The notes under the pieces: model-generated
Databases searched by the model: none
What the model saw: the letters and a program-made list of their open reading frames with translations, nothing else
Told to the model about the DNA's origin: nothing
Assembly: GCA_002104905.1 (NCBI GenBank)
Contig: MCFE01000214.1
Coordinates: forward strand, 62,001 to 126,000
Direction: 5' to 3'
Length of the DNA stretch: 64,000 nt
Source: Basidiobolus meristosporus CBS 931.73
Taxonomy: Eukaryota; Fungi; Basidiobolomycota
Translations under genes and position numbers: made by a program
In this document: positions 37,401-50,759 of the stretch, in pieces
How positions within the stretch are numbered: position 1 is the stretch's first letter
Layout: each line of letters starts with the position of its first letter

Positions 37401-40400
37401 CTGTGCTCTCTAATAAATCTCCTTTTTGCATGTTCCTTCTTCCAGCCCATTTATAGAGTAGTCAACTTACTATTGCAATTTAAGTGATAATAGTTGAACT
37501 GTTGTTTATTCATAAAGAAGCTCAGTATTTATACCTTTGTAGAAGTTATAAAACTGTTACACTAAGTAAGGAGAGCTTCTCAACACTCAGGAGCATTCTG
37601 TAGCAGTTTCAGGGTTAGTACATAATGTTTAGTAATAGAGCTAAATTGATCCTGACAATAAGGAATTAATCATAGGATCATAGATCTGAAGAAAGTGGCA
37701 AAGTTACAGCTGTAAATTAGTGCCACAGTGACCAATACTAGTCCAGAGTTGTCAAGTAAATTTTTAGCTGCTGAATGATACAAAATAGGCCAATATTTCA
37801 ACACCCCCCCTCAACTAAATAATTTCATAATCCCAATTCCTCCCTAAGATTCTCAAATTGTGGCCTAGATAGTGGTATTGTCAATATATCTGCCAACATT
37901 TTGTTAGTTTGGCAGTACACTAGCTCTACTAAGTTATTTTCTACAGCTTCCCTCACAAAGTAATGCTGTGTATCAATGTGCTTAGTTCTAGCATAATTAG
38001 TAGGATTTCTAGCTAATGAAATACAACTTTGATTACCCCTGCCAATATATGTTGCTTCATCTGAATTAAATCCCAAGTCTTTGAATAGCTTTTGTAACCA
38101 TATAGCCTCCTTACTTGCTTGACATGCAGCCATATATTCAGCTTCAGCTGTAGATAGAGCCACAGTTGGTTGTTTCTTGCAATTTCAAGTAATAGCTGCA
38201 CCAGCATAAAGAAATACATATCCTGTGGTAGAGCATTTGTCAATCAGATCCCTACCCCAATCTCAATCACTATAGCCATCAAACTTTTGCCTATTAGCTG
38301 CTCCAGAGTATTCAGGTACCATATTTATGGTACCTTGTAGATATTTCAAGATCTGTTTAACTACTGCTACTTGATCTGATCCATGATTCTGCATGAATTG
38401 ACTGACTACTCCAGCCACCACTGTAACATCTGGATGTGTAGAGACCATCAAGTACACTATACAACTAACCAATAATTGATAGGGAAAATATTGGTCAATA
38501 TTTGAGCTGTTTTCATCTATAACTGGCTGAGATTTGCTTAATTTCAGGTTGCTGCCCACTGGGGTGGCTGCATGCTTGCAATTTTACATTTTGAAGCGTC
38601 TAAGAATGTCCCTGATGTACTTAGACTGATTCAGCACATGTATCTGTGTAGGTAGGTCTATTTTGACTTTGATTTCAAGAAAATAGCTCAATTTTCCAAG
38701 ATCTTTCATCTCAGACTTGCGGAACAAATCCGATTTTGTCTGTTTAAGTGCCTCTTAGTCACTTATAGCTATGATTAGATCATCCTCATAAAGAACTAGG
38801 ATGATCACACCCTATTTGAGCTGTTTCACAATTATACTGTGATCTGCAGTGCTACAAGAGAACCCAATTCCCTCTAAATATGTGTCAATTTTGTTATACC
38901 ATGCTCTAGGTGTCTGCTAAAGCCCATACAACAATTTTCTAAGCTTCACACCTTATGGAGGTCTTTTTGATTGGTAAAACCTTCTGGTTGCTTCATATAT
39001 ATAGTTTCTTGCAAATCCCCATTTAGAAAGGCTGTTTTGACGTCCATTTGGTGTAGATCTAGACTGTGTACATCTTCCAGGGCTAGAGCTGTCCTAACAG
39101 AGTTAAACTTGGCAACCAGAGCAAATGTTTCCTTTTAGTCTGGTCCCTGGATCTGGGAATAGTACACAGCAACCAATCTAGCCTTATACTTATCAACAGC
39201 ACCATTTTAGGTTATCTTGATCTTGTAGACCCAGATTCTGAGCTTTGGCACATAAGGCAAGATAAGCTTCTTCATGATCATTAGATGTCTGAGAACAGGA
39301 TCTAGGGGCACTTCTTATTCTGGTAAATCTCCTAACTGAGATAATCTGCTCTGATCTGGAACTGGTAGAATTATCTTCCATATCTGGCTGAATCAGGTAA
39401 ATATCTTCTTTGTTAGTGGTGATTGCATCATCAGGTAGCTGGCCATTGATTTCAGTGGCTTTGTAACCTGAATCCTCCTCAAATACATTATCCCTGATCT
39501 TGATCAGCTTCTGAATTTTGCCATCATACACTCTATACCCTTTAATATCTTCATAATACCCAAGAAAGATCCCTTTCCTACTCTTTGGTTCCCACTTTGA
39601 GCATTTGTTGCAGGGATGTCATAAAAACCATCACTACCAATAATCATGAGGTGCTGGAGATCTGGTCTTTTGCCTGTATATGCTTCAAAGGGTGTAGATT
39701 CATGTAGTGCCATTGCTGGGCATTTGTTTTTGATGTAGACTGTGGTAACAACAGATTCAGCCCACAGCTTGTAGTCCATTCCCTGACAACATAGAATGGA
39801 TCTTCCCATCTCTACTATTGTTCTACTTGCACATTCTGCTACTCCATTTTGTTGTGGAGTATGAGGAACTGTGGTCTGTTGAAGTATACCAGTATATGAG
39901 CAGTATTTTGCAAACTCTTTTGAACAGTATTCTCCTCAATTGTCACTTTGTAGTACCTTCAATATACACCCAGTTTGTGTTTCTGCCATGTTCTTGAAGT
40001 GCTTAAGCATCTCTGAAGCCTCATCCTTTGTTCTGAGAAAGTGAACACATGTATATCCTGTTGTGTCATCAATAAAGTCATAAAGTATCTATTGGCTCCA
40101 AAGGAAAGTGTTCTCATGGGGCCATATATGTCTGTGTGTTCAATAGCTAATCTTTTGGTGGTATTGAGGCCTTCTGAGCTCTTGAAACATTGCCTAGCTT
40201 GTTTGCAATATGAATATCCCTTGCAAACATTCAACTTCATTGGAATTGAGCATATTAGGCCCAAAACAAGCTGATTTTTCATCAATTAGCCCATTCTCTG
40301 TTCCCCAATGTGTCCTAGCCTCCTATGCCACATCTATCTGTTGGTTTCAGCAGTTTCAGCAATGCAGACATACTCAGGTATAATGATGTTGCATTATAAC

Positions 40401-43400
40401 TTGCATATATTGTGATCTCTGATTCCCAAAGCTTATTATTGCCCATTTTCACTCAAAATTGAGCAGCTCATCTTAGAAGAAGCAAATTTCAGTCCCTGAG
40501 CAGTTGCTTTACTGACTGAGTAAGTTCTTAGCTATTCCAGGTACTGAGAGTACATCAGTCAGTCTTGCTATTGTTGCCCATGAGCTATTGCTCATTTTTA
40601 GTTGTATAGACCTACTGGCAACAGCTTCCAGAGCAGAGTTATCTCCCAGATAAACCTTTCTTACAGGAATAGTCTTTAAGTTACTGAACTACTCCATTGT
40701 ACCACAACAATGCTGTGATGCTCCAGAGTCTGTATACAAATCATTACTTTGGTTACTTGCATGCCCTTGTACAGTTGCAAATAACTGTTCTTCAGTAGCT
40801 ATATGGCTTGCCTGCTCTAGTTTCTCTTTTTTGTTGGCTTGTTTCTTCTTGCATTCTCTTGCCCAGTTTCCTGACTTTTCACAGTAGTTACAGCAGCCAG
40901 GTTTTCTTTGGTTTTGTTGCTTTCCCTTCTTTTCTGAGTGCCTTTATGAACTGAATAAAGCATTATCTTCAATTTTCTCTGCTTGATCATTACGTCTGAG
41001 TTTCTCATGGAAAAGTCTTCATTTGACATAGTCTAAAGACAAATTATCTTCTCTGCTTTCAAAAGAAAGTATGAGTGGCTGACACTTGTCTGGTAGACTG
41101 CAAAGCCAACAGAGTACTTTTCCTTCATCATCTACACCAGCATTAATACTATAAAGCTCTTCTGCAAGTGTCTCCATTCTGGTAATGAGTTGTAGAATGT
41201 CATCATCTGGCTACTTCCTCATGTTGAAGAGTTTTTGCTGTAAATAAAGCTTGCTTGATACTGACTTGGCTCTAATTGTCTTCTCTAAAGATCCTGATGC
41301 TGCTTTGGCAGTATTTGAGGCATGGATTTGCCCAATGAAGAAATCTTGCACATTGATACATATGGCATTAATGGCCATTCTCTCCTTCTCTTGAAACTTC
41401 TCCACTTCTTCTGCTTTTTGTTTGGGCTCAACTTCTTTTCCTGTTGATATATTCTAAAGCATCCTTTCTTCAAGGTGGATCTGCATCTTGATTCTCCAAA
41501 GTCTGTACTTCTTCCCATCAAATCTCTCCTTTACAGGGAAGATGTTTGCGTGGTTCTGTTTGCTGGTAGAAATTATCTTTAGGATAGATTACGGCAATCA
41601 GGGCTCATAACCTGTTGCAATTTAAGAAAAGATTTGGATATAAGGAACTTATCAAGAATAGTGATAATAGTTGAACTGTTGTTTATTCATAAAGAAGCTC
41701 AGTATTTATACCTTTGTAGAAGTAATACAGCTGTAACGCTAAGTCAGGAGGGTTTCTCAATATTCAGGAGCATTCTGTAACAGTTTCAGGGTTAGTACAT
41801 AATGTTTAGTAATAGTGCTAATTTGATCCTGACTATATGGGATTAATCATAAGATCATAGATCTGAAGAAAGTGGCAAAGTTACAGCTGTAAATTAGTGT
41901 CACAGTGACCAATACTAGTCCAGAATTGCTGAGTAAATTTTTAGCTGCCAAATGATACAAAATAGTCTAGTATTTCAACAAAGTCTTGGTCACTGTAGGA
42001 CTAATGTGTAGCCCAAACTTTGCAACTTTCTTCAGATCTATGATCCTATGATTTTTCCCCATATGGTACTGGAATGCTCTGGAGCAGCTAATAGGCAAAA
42101 TTTTGATGGCTATAGTGATTGAGATTGGGGTAGGGATCTGATTGACAAATGCTCTACCACAGGATATGTATTTATTTATGCTGGTGCAGCTATTACTTGA
42201 AATTGCAAGAAACAACCAACTGTGGCCCTATCTACAGCGGAAGTTGAATATATGGCTGCATGTCAAGCAAGTAAGGAGGCTATATGGTTACAAAAGCTAT
42301 TCAAAGACTTAGGATTTAATTCAGATGAAGCAACATATATTGACAGGGATAATCAAAGTTGTATTTCATTAGCTAGAAATCCTACTAATTATACAAGAAC
42401 TAAGAACAATGATACACAGCATTACTTTGTGAGGGAAGCTGTAGAAATAACTTAGTAGAGCTAGTGTACCGCCAAACTAACAAAATGGTGGCAGATATAT
42501 TGACAAAACCACTATCTAGGCCACAATTTGAGAATCTTAGGGAGGAATTGGGATTATGAAATTATTTAGTTGAGGGGGGGTGTTGAAATATTGACCTATT
42601 TTGCATCATTCAGCAGCTAAAAATTTACTCAGCAATTCTGGACTAGTATTGGTTACTGTGACACTAATTTACAGCTGTAACGTTGCCACTTTCTTCAGAT
42701 CTATGATCTTATGATTAATCCCGTATAGTCAGGATCAAATTAGCACTATTACTAAACATTATGTACTAACCCTGAAACTGTTACAGAATGCGCCTGAATA
42801 TTGAGAAACCCTCCTTACTTAGTGTTTCAGTTGTATTACTTCTACAAAGGTATAAATGCTGAGCTTCTTTATGAATAAACAACAGTTCAACTTTTTTCAC
42901 TATTCTTGATAAGTTGCTTATATCCAAATCACTTCTTAAATTGCAACAGACTAGTCCAGAACTGTCAAGTAGATTCCTAGCTGCTGATTGATACAAAATA
43001 ATTCAGTATTTCAACACTTAGTCCATGAGGTCCATTCTTTCAATTTATCCAAGTAGACATCTATACTCATTGATGTATTCTTGAACCATACCTTTCTGTG
43101 TGAGTGTCATCATCTTTCTTCTTAGTAGTGTCTACTGGTGTGGGGGTTCAAAAGCATCCTGAATTCTTGACACAAACCTATCCCATGTAGAGATTGTAGA
43201 GCACCAATCATGGTGGCTGACCTGATCTTGTTGTGGTAACACTATAGAGCTGCATCTGCAAAGAGGCTGCACAATGCAACTTGCTCTCTGAGGCAGTTCC
43301 TGTAGCTTCAAAAGCTTCTTCAATCTGAAAGAGCCAAGTTTCCAGATTCTCATTGAATTTATCATGATACTGGTTGACCCACACACTAAAGTTGTTCTTG

Positions 43401-43939
43401 CCAGGGCTTTCCTGGCTCTGGGCATTGGTAGTCATTCCCTGTTGCTGCTGGCTGAGGATCTGGATTAGCTGATGCTGTTGGGCCTGGATTTACTGCATAG
43501 CATCTTTCAACTCTTGATTTTCTAACATGTTAAGGGAAGCTTCTTCTTTCCTCAGGAGAGAGGTTTCTGGTAGTTGCTGCTACCAATGTTACCAGTCTTG
43601 ATATAAGAGTTGTAGAGGAATAGGGATTCAGTTAGCATTGTAGTCACTAAAACTTGAACTGATTTTTATTAAGATTCCAGCAGATCCTTATATACATTTT
43701 GCCAGATCAATTGCTGATTAATTGAATTTCCTAATGTTTGTTGTGGCTGATGATTCATTTGATTGCAGTACATGTTTCTTACTATATATATTTTGATCTG
43801 ATTAGGATCTGCTGATTCATTTGCTGGCTAGCACCACTCCTTTAATAAATAGCATTACTCTACTGATAGGCTTGCATAGAACTAATTGACTTGACTAGAC
43901 ACAGATTTAACTTGAATATTCAAGCAGTAGATCATAACA
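34500..43939 (-). mobile_element. Old degenerate Gypsy copy G3 of the same family (IN-RH-RT-PR at 34500-37470; gag, PBS and 5' LTR at 43017-43939), split by the Copia-D composite
   Basis: Colinear with 30297-34499; LTR 43587-43939; PBS complement GCTGCTACCA at 43576-43585. Confidence 0.85.
37471..43016. mobile_element. Copia family-D composite: LTR 37471-37803, internal region (-) 37804-41612, LTR 41613-41980, inverted RH-PPT-LTR (+) 42061-42948, LTR piece 42949-43016
   Basis: Outer TSD CTTAC/CTTAG; PBS GGTTATGAGCCCTG (41612-41599); PPT TTGAGGGGGGG; ALSTAEAEYMAA, EHTDIYGP and STPFEAYTGK motifs; many stops. Confidence 0.88.
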
Positions 43940-46299
43940 GTGGTAGGGGTCTAAGGCCAGTTAGTGTAGCAAAGTGACTACCAATTCAGCACTGCAAGTT
44001 TTGATGGATATGGGATGGTCATAGCACAAATCACATAGTTGTGACTAAGACAACACAAGATTTGTTGACCAAACTTTTAGTAGCAGAATGCTACCAAGTA
44101 GTATGATGTATCAACACTTCCATCAATAGTAATATTTGCCTAGTCCTTAAATTTTATTCAGAGTTCCATTTGCAACATAGCTGATGAATCCTGAGATACT
44201 TTATACTCATTTGTTGGCTGAGCAATACTCAACCTCTGCAAAGTAATTTTCTCTGAACATACTGATAGAGCAATGTTACATGTTGATACTCTTAGTGAAA
44301 ATGTGATTAACAAGGCTTGAAGAAATGAATGCAACTTAACTATAATTGTAAATATAGTTTGGCTTGCAAGTGTTGTAGCCCTAATGTCTGGATCATAATT
44401 GTAGCTATATTGCCTTTGTGGTTGCTTGACTAGTAGCAATCTACTGTGCTTCAGTTGTAGAGGGTGCATGGTAGATTATTTCTGCACTTCCATATATTGC
44501 TACTCTGTCATACAAAAATACAACTAAATGAAAAATATCTTTCCTCAAGAAATCTCCTTCAATGCAATCTAAATCATCAACCAGAAGTTGTTCAGGATAT
44601 GATTAGTTGTTAGATAGTTGTCACCAAATATCCAATAGTCTGGGTGATGTCCCATCTTGCAGCATCCAGAAGTAACCCTTTCAGCTCAGACTTGTACAGC
44701 TCAATTGGGTCCATGGAATTCATTAAATTCACCTAAATATGCAGACACTATCATGACATGTGACCCTGTGGGAAGAGATTTTAGTCAATATAGGTACAAA
44801 CAATATGCTCAAGGAAGTTTGCCTAAAAGGGAGAATAAAAGAATGTATATGGAAAGTGCCAAAGGAAACTGTTCACCCAAGATTAGCAATACTCCTCCCA
44901 CCAGCAAATATCAAAGTAATATTGAAAAAAAGATCAACCTGCAGGTGTTGAAAGATATGATACAAGTATTATATGCAACAAGAACTGCCTATGAAGAAAT
45001 GTTTGCCAGAGCAGACATATTAATACAACTCACAATCAAAGAAAGACAAGACAAGTCATCTGCACCATTACGAAGTATAGAGATACTACCTAAGAAGATA
45101 GTGTACCACCTGAGAGGAGGTTTCTTGATCAGTAAATAGAAGGCTGCTGCATTAATCTCCATGTCCATACAGGACACATTCAGACATAATATGCAAGGAA
45201 TTGACTGATGTGCCTGCACAAGTCCTCAAGAGCCCTCCTGCTTTGCTGCATACTTACCATTGATTGGCACCACAGTTGTTGAGGTATATGCAGACCTGGT
45301 ACAAGCTGTTAGAGCATCAGAAGCAGAGCTCCTGGTGAAGGACTCCCCTGAGAAAGCTGCAAACATTTTGACTTCATTTCCAAGAAGGAACCATTCTGGA
45401 GAGGATAAGTGAGCAGATTAAATACACTGCCCAGTTGACCCATGCAACCCCCCCATGTTGCTGTGTTGCCACTGTCACAATGGTTCACTATAGGACAACT
45501 CCGGAGTCAGTCTAAAGGCCAACTCCAAGAAATCAAAGAAACCACCTTGGACTCTGAAAGAACCATAAGGCACGTGCAAAAATGCCTTGATTGCACCACA
45601 GTCTCCTCAGAAGAACTACAATATGCCTCCAAAGAAGCAAACACTTGTGATTGACAACAGATGATTGTCTACCAAGTCTATGCCCTCTTCAAAAGAGCTC
45701 AAGGACAGGCCCCAACAATATTTGCAAGATAAAGACACAAGGCTTCATTGCATTATTGCATCTCTTCTTGTACTCCAATCCTCCCAAGGAACTCACACAG
45801 AACTCTATGGTTTTCCAATAGTTTAGCTCTGGGGAAAACATCCCTCAAACAACCCAAGCCACCCCTCAATCTGCTGCCAAATGGTATCAGGTACATGTCA
45901 GCAATCCCCTTGCAAGTGACAACCAAGAATGGTACTATGGTGATTCCCCATGCTCTGTAAACAAAATCTACCCTAGAGAAGCAAGTTAGCCATAGAACTT
46001 CAAGGACAAATCTCCCTCTTAACCCCCAGGATATGTGAGCACTATAAGTAGTACCCACTCCTTGTCCAGAAGCTCCCCCAGAGTCCTACCAAAAGTCTGC
46101 CAGTATACTCCCTATGAGTCCCTCATACATCCTTCCTCCTATTCCTGTCCTTACCCAGTAGAACACTTACCATAACAGGAAGGTGCCCATGCCCCTATTT
46201 TATATCATATTGGCTACCACTTAGGCCTCTCTCAGTGAGATATATATGTAGGCAATAGAGGCAAGTTGAAAGGGAAAAGGTTTTGATGTAATAAGCATA

Positions 46300-46830
46300 A
46301 ATTTTTAATACATTGCTACCTTCTAGTGGAAGCTATTCTGAAGGAAGTGGTACTGACTTGACCTACAAACTCTCCCAGCTATTAAGTTCAGTCAGTAATA
46401 GCCCACACAGAGGACTTTCAAATCAAGGTTCAGTTGGAATCATAGCCCAGGAATGTCCCAGAAGTGGCATTGTGGTATTAAACACTGGGGGATCCAACTG
46501 GACCAGAAATAGCTTAGCCTGTGCCTATTCATTCCATATTGATGTACCCCTGAATGTTAAAGAGGCTTTGGATAGTCCTCACCATGGGTTTTAACTATCT
46601 GCATTGACAGAGGAGTATTAGCCCCTGATTGATTATCACACTGGGTTTTGTCAGTTGTATGCAGATGGGTTGGCAAGACAGAATATAAGGCTGATGGCTT
46701 CATTGAGTAATACTCAGCCAGGATTGTGGCCAAAGCATACTCTAATACCAAAGGGCTGAACTATACTGAGACCGTTTCACTTGCACTAAGTTTGATTTTA
46801 TCAGACTAATATGGACAATTGCAGCCAAGT
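46300..46830 (+). pseudogene. Old Copia family-A fragment (IN-RT linker and start of RT)
   Basis: SLACAYSFHIDVPLNVKEALDSP matches NLAYAYSVHIDEPQTVKEALNSP. Confidence 0.7.
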
Positions 46831-46866
46831 ATTTGTTGAAATAATTAGGAGTCCACTTATTATCAT

Positions 46867-49800
46867 CAAGTAGAGATTAGCCCAATTGGACCATTTGGAA
46901 TGATTATATTTTAATTATCTTGACCTCATAGCAAGGATAGGCAAAGTTGAAACAAAGTTTATGAAATCTCTCTGGTATGCACTTTGTGCTGGTATTTTGA
47001 TTTTTTCAAAATGGTTGCAAATACTTTGTCTTATGTTGCCTTTACTGAAGCAACTATTGGCAAATTTTAAGCAGACCAAATGGTCTTACACTTCATTGAT
47101 GAACAACATGTATGGCTTTAAGCAATTATATTTCAAACATTGAATAGCCAATCCTACTAACTGCAAAGAATTATTGAGCATTATTTGTTTTTTCATATGC
47201 CACCTTCAAGTGCCTGGTATAGCAGTCATCACACATTTGGTGGCCAGGGTTGCAACTGCATGGAAACTTGACCTTAGTGCCTGTAACATGGGAAGCAGTA
47301 CAAGTTTTGCAAGCTAATCTTGGTGCTTTGAGCCATAACCTTTACTCATTGACAGGTAAGTGTGATTTTTATCACTTCTGAGTTGCCTCTGACTACCTAA
47401 GGGCCCCTTGATGCCTGAACCAGCCAAATTCTTACAATATTGCAAGAAATTGTATGATAAAATATCCTTGAACAAGAAATGAGATATGCCATGCTTTTGA
47501 TAAGAAAATGTACAATAAGAGCTATAGGCATTGGCTTCACAAATATGCAGGATGAAGCTGTTGAAACACATCTCCCATCTTTCTGTAGATATAACATCAT
47601 GCTAAGATGTCAAATTATCTCAAAGGTTATTAGCAGCATCAACCAAACCTACAAATATTGTAAATGGAGCACATGTTGATTTCTGAGGACAGGATTCTAC
47701 TTACTTTTATGGTTCTCATAATCTTCAACCACTTCTGATTGCTGAATGGTTACCACTTCACCATTGTCCCCTACAAAAGTTCTCCGTCCAGTAAAGCCTT
47801 GTGGTGATGCAAGAAGAAATATATGCTTTGATCTTGTAATCATGGTAGGCGCAGACAAAGATTCTCCTGCTCCTTGTTGTCTTGTTTGTAGTAAAGTGAG
47901 CACCATACAAGCTGCCAACACTGGCAACAATATCAGTGGTGGGCCTACCACATGGCCAGTAGCAGCATTTAGTCACTTGCATAATGGAATACAGACCAAG
48001 TTCAGCCAGCATCATTGACATATTTGGGGATCTAAACCAAGTGTCAGCAATAATTGTAAGGCCAGTACCAAACCAAGGCTTTACTAATTGCTTGACAGTG
48101 GAAGTCAACTTGGACATACCAGGATCATTGTCATATTCCCTCTGTAACCAATCTCTCACTGTATCTATTCTCAGGATACAAGCAGTGTGATGGTGTGCTA
48201 AAGTCTTGAACTCCTGTCTGATGGGATGCAGTGTAGTGGGGTCACAGTGACACCCACAGTCAGATGTGCTCATTCCCATATGTTCACTTCCCTAAAAAGG
48301 ATTACCCCCCCCTATATTAGTATCATCCCAAATTGCAATATTTTCTATCTGTCTATGTGATTATTACTATGAAACCTGGCAAACTATTTGTCACTGTTAA
48401 CCCATTGCACAAGCAATTCCTATTCCTTACCAAGATGCCAAGATAAGATAGTTACCATATAAGGCAAGTGCCCCCAACAGTGCCTATATCATGTGACCAT
48501 CCTGGTTTCATAACCCTTCTATCCCACTACCATATGAGGTAACTACATGACACAGTGGTTTCATATTACCACTATCTGATTGGCTAGGTGCTACTATGTC
48601 TTATGGAACAATCTGCCAAGAATTTGAGCTATTTTTGGTACACAATGACATGATTGGCTGTCTACTACCTTCTGGAAACTTCTGGAAAGTATTTTCTAGA
48701 AAGAATTTGAGCAGCAAAGAAGTATATAAGGGAGGCTATCCCTTAAAATAAATCATCCCTCTTCCAATATTCTGACTTATTGATTAGTGAGATCACTGCT
48801 GCCTATTACCACTACTTTCTGACTCAGACCTGACAATACTCCCAGGAAACCACGCTGACAGCCAACTGACCTTGGAGGCACTACTTGTGAGGAATACTCA
48901 GAGTAGGTATATTTTATTATATTTAATTGTTTTCCCAAGTTTGTTCTTGTACAGGCAAAGATACTTTTCAGTCTTTGTAACTATTGGTCAAAGCTGCATT
49001 CTTATCAAGTCCCTCTTGGTGGAGTTTACAGTTGTTTTGACTTTGGAAGCTTTAGTACACTGTCATCTCAAAGGATGTTGAAGCCATTATAAACTTTTGT
49101 TAAGACACCAACTAAGTTGGGAATTGTAGTTCAATAGTTTTCCCTTGACAAGCTTGAGGCTTTATCCCCTTCACATTAGATTAGACAAAAGACCCAGTAT
49201 TCCTAGCAAGCTTTTGTCAGAGGTTATTGCACCCAACAAACACCCCACACACATTCACACTTGAGAAGTGTTGAATGTATATCTCCCTTGGACTTATACA
49301 CCACCACACCAGAAAGCATACAATATATACCCAACAGTGGATACAGGTAGCTGACCAGGTTGAACAGTAATTTAGAACCAACGGCTTCCTTAGGACTTTC
49401 TTAACATTGGGCAAACCAGCTCCTAACCATTAATTCATTGATTTGTCAATAGCTAAATACTTGCAGGGCTCTAAACAAGCTTCATGTGTTCATTAGAGGT
49501 GTCAATAGTTGATCTAATTTGATAAAGAGCATTGATTTCTTGATGTTCTCAGAAAGAGATTTTCAGAACGTGTGTTTTCAGAATCTCTTTAAATCTTCTA
49601 TACAACATATATTCCATAGAGTCAATGTTCATTAAGAAATGAGAAGAGCCTTGCTTCCAGTAAGCTTTTTTGTTGGAATGACTGATAACTGTTATTATAG
49701 TTATTAATGCAATCCACATCATGTACTTGGCAAATGTAATGTCCGTCCAGGGGCCAATGCTAGTTGCATAAGCATTAATCCTCCATACAATAGTGCAGAA

Positions 49801-50530
49801 GTGATCTAAAGGATGGAAGAACAAGAAATAATCCAGTGATGAGGCATTTCCAGCATTTTTCATATATAACCAAGCTTTCAGGGAGGTAAGACCATCAGCT
49901 GGCCCACTTGTACTGGAATCAATATGTACCTGCCCAGTTATCCAGGTGTCTGCTGCAGTAAGGTCAATTTCATCTTCCTCCTGCTCTTCTTCTTGGATTG
50001 CATCCTTCAATAGGTCTTCAGTGACAATACTCTTAATAGTATTAGCAGTTGCAGGTTCAATGTTTCCCAAGGTATCAATACTGTTACCCTTAATATACTT
50101 TAAACAGTTTTGTGAAAGAGTCAATATAATCCCTGGTACCAGATCCAAAATGACATCATATTTCACATTGCCATTGACTGTTGAGCGTGCAGTGGTAACT
50201 CCCTTGAAGCTCAAACCAGGTGTATTCCAGTCAAAATGCAGAGATAAAAGTTGTTTAACTTCCTTATGTTTGATAAATTGCTTGGATACTGATACATGCA
50301 CATTAACATCAAGATATTTACTGGCAGGAGGCATGGTTCAAGTCTTAAGAAAAGATAAAACAAATATGACAAATTATCAAAACAACTCCAAAAAATAAAT
50401 ATTCAAATTCTTGTTTACCAGAATATGATATGAAATAAACAAAGTAAGACACCCATCCAGAAAAAACAATTGCATTTAATTAGACCATTTGGTCCAAATT
50501 GGACCAAATGGTCCGGCCAAATCTCTACTT
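46867..50530 (-). mobile_element. Decayed piggyBac-like (DDE_Tnp_1_7) element; ends tentative
   Basis: Translated pieces FFHPLDHF...INAY, AIDKSMN*WLG..PNVKKVLRKP|HPIRQEFKTLA, LVKPWFGTGLTIIADTWF.S and ISTERWEM..; inverted CAAGTAGAGAT at 46867 and 50530, with TTAA on the right side only. Confidence 0.7.
48232..49308 (-). mobile_element. Solo LTR-Y copy 3 inside the piggyBac-like transposase
   Basis: Reverse complement of the 11563/14497 elements; splits the codons RKP|HPI; carries an extra 72 bp at 49309-49380. Confidence 0.85.
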
Positions 50531-50759
50531 GTTAATAAGCAATGAAATTGCACTTGATTAAGTGATGTATTTCTGAATATTAACTTTGTAATTAGCTTGT
50601 AAGATACTTGCTAACTATTAGGAATTAGTTAAGTAGAGAATTGTAGGAAGATCTGACACTTGTCCAAATGAGCTAAAACTTGGCACATGTATGCCTGAGA
50701 CTTCTATTAATACCATGTAGTAACTTTATGTAGCTATCCAATTGAGGCATGCTCAGTTA

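Noticed and set aside
29220-43939. Calling 29220 and 43939 the TSD-bounded ends of one Gypsy element
   Set aside because: Flanks TACG and GTGG do not match; the pairing rests on colinearity only.
44158-44469. Faint resemblance to a hAT dimerisation motif (VSTC)
   Set aside because: The ERSFS core is absent; not supportable by eye.
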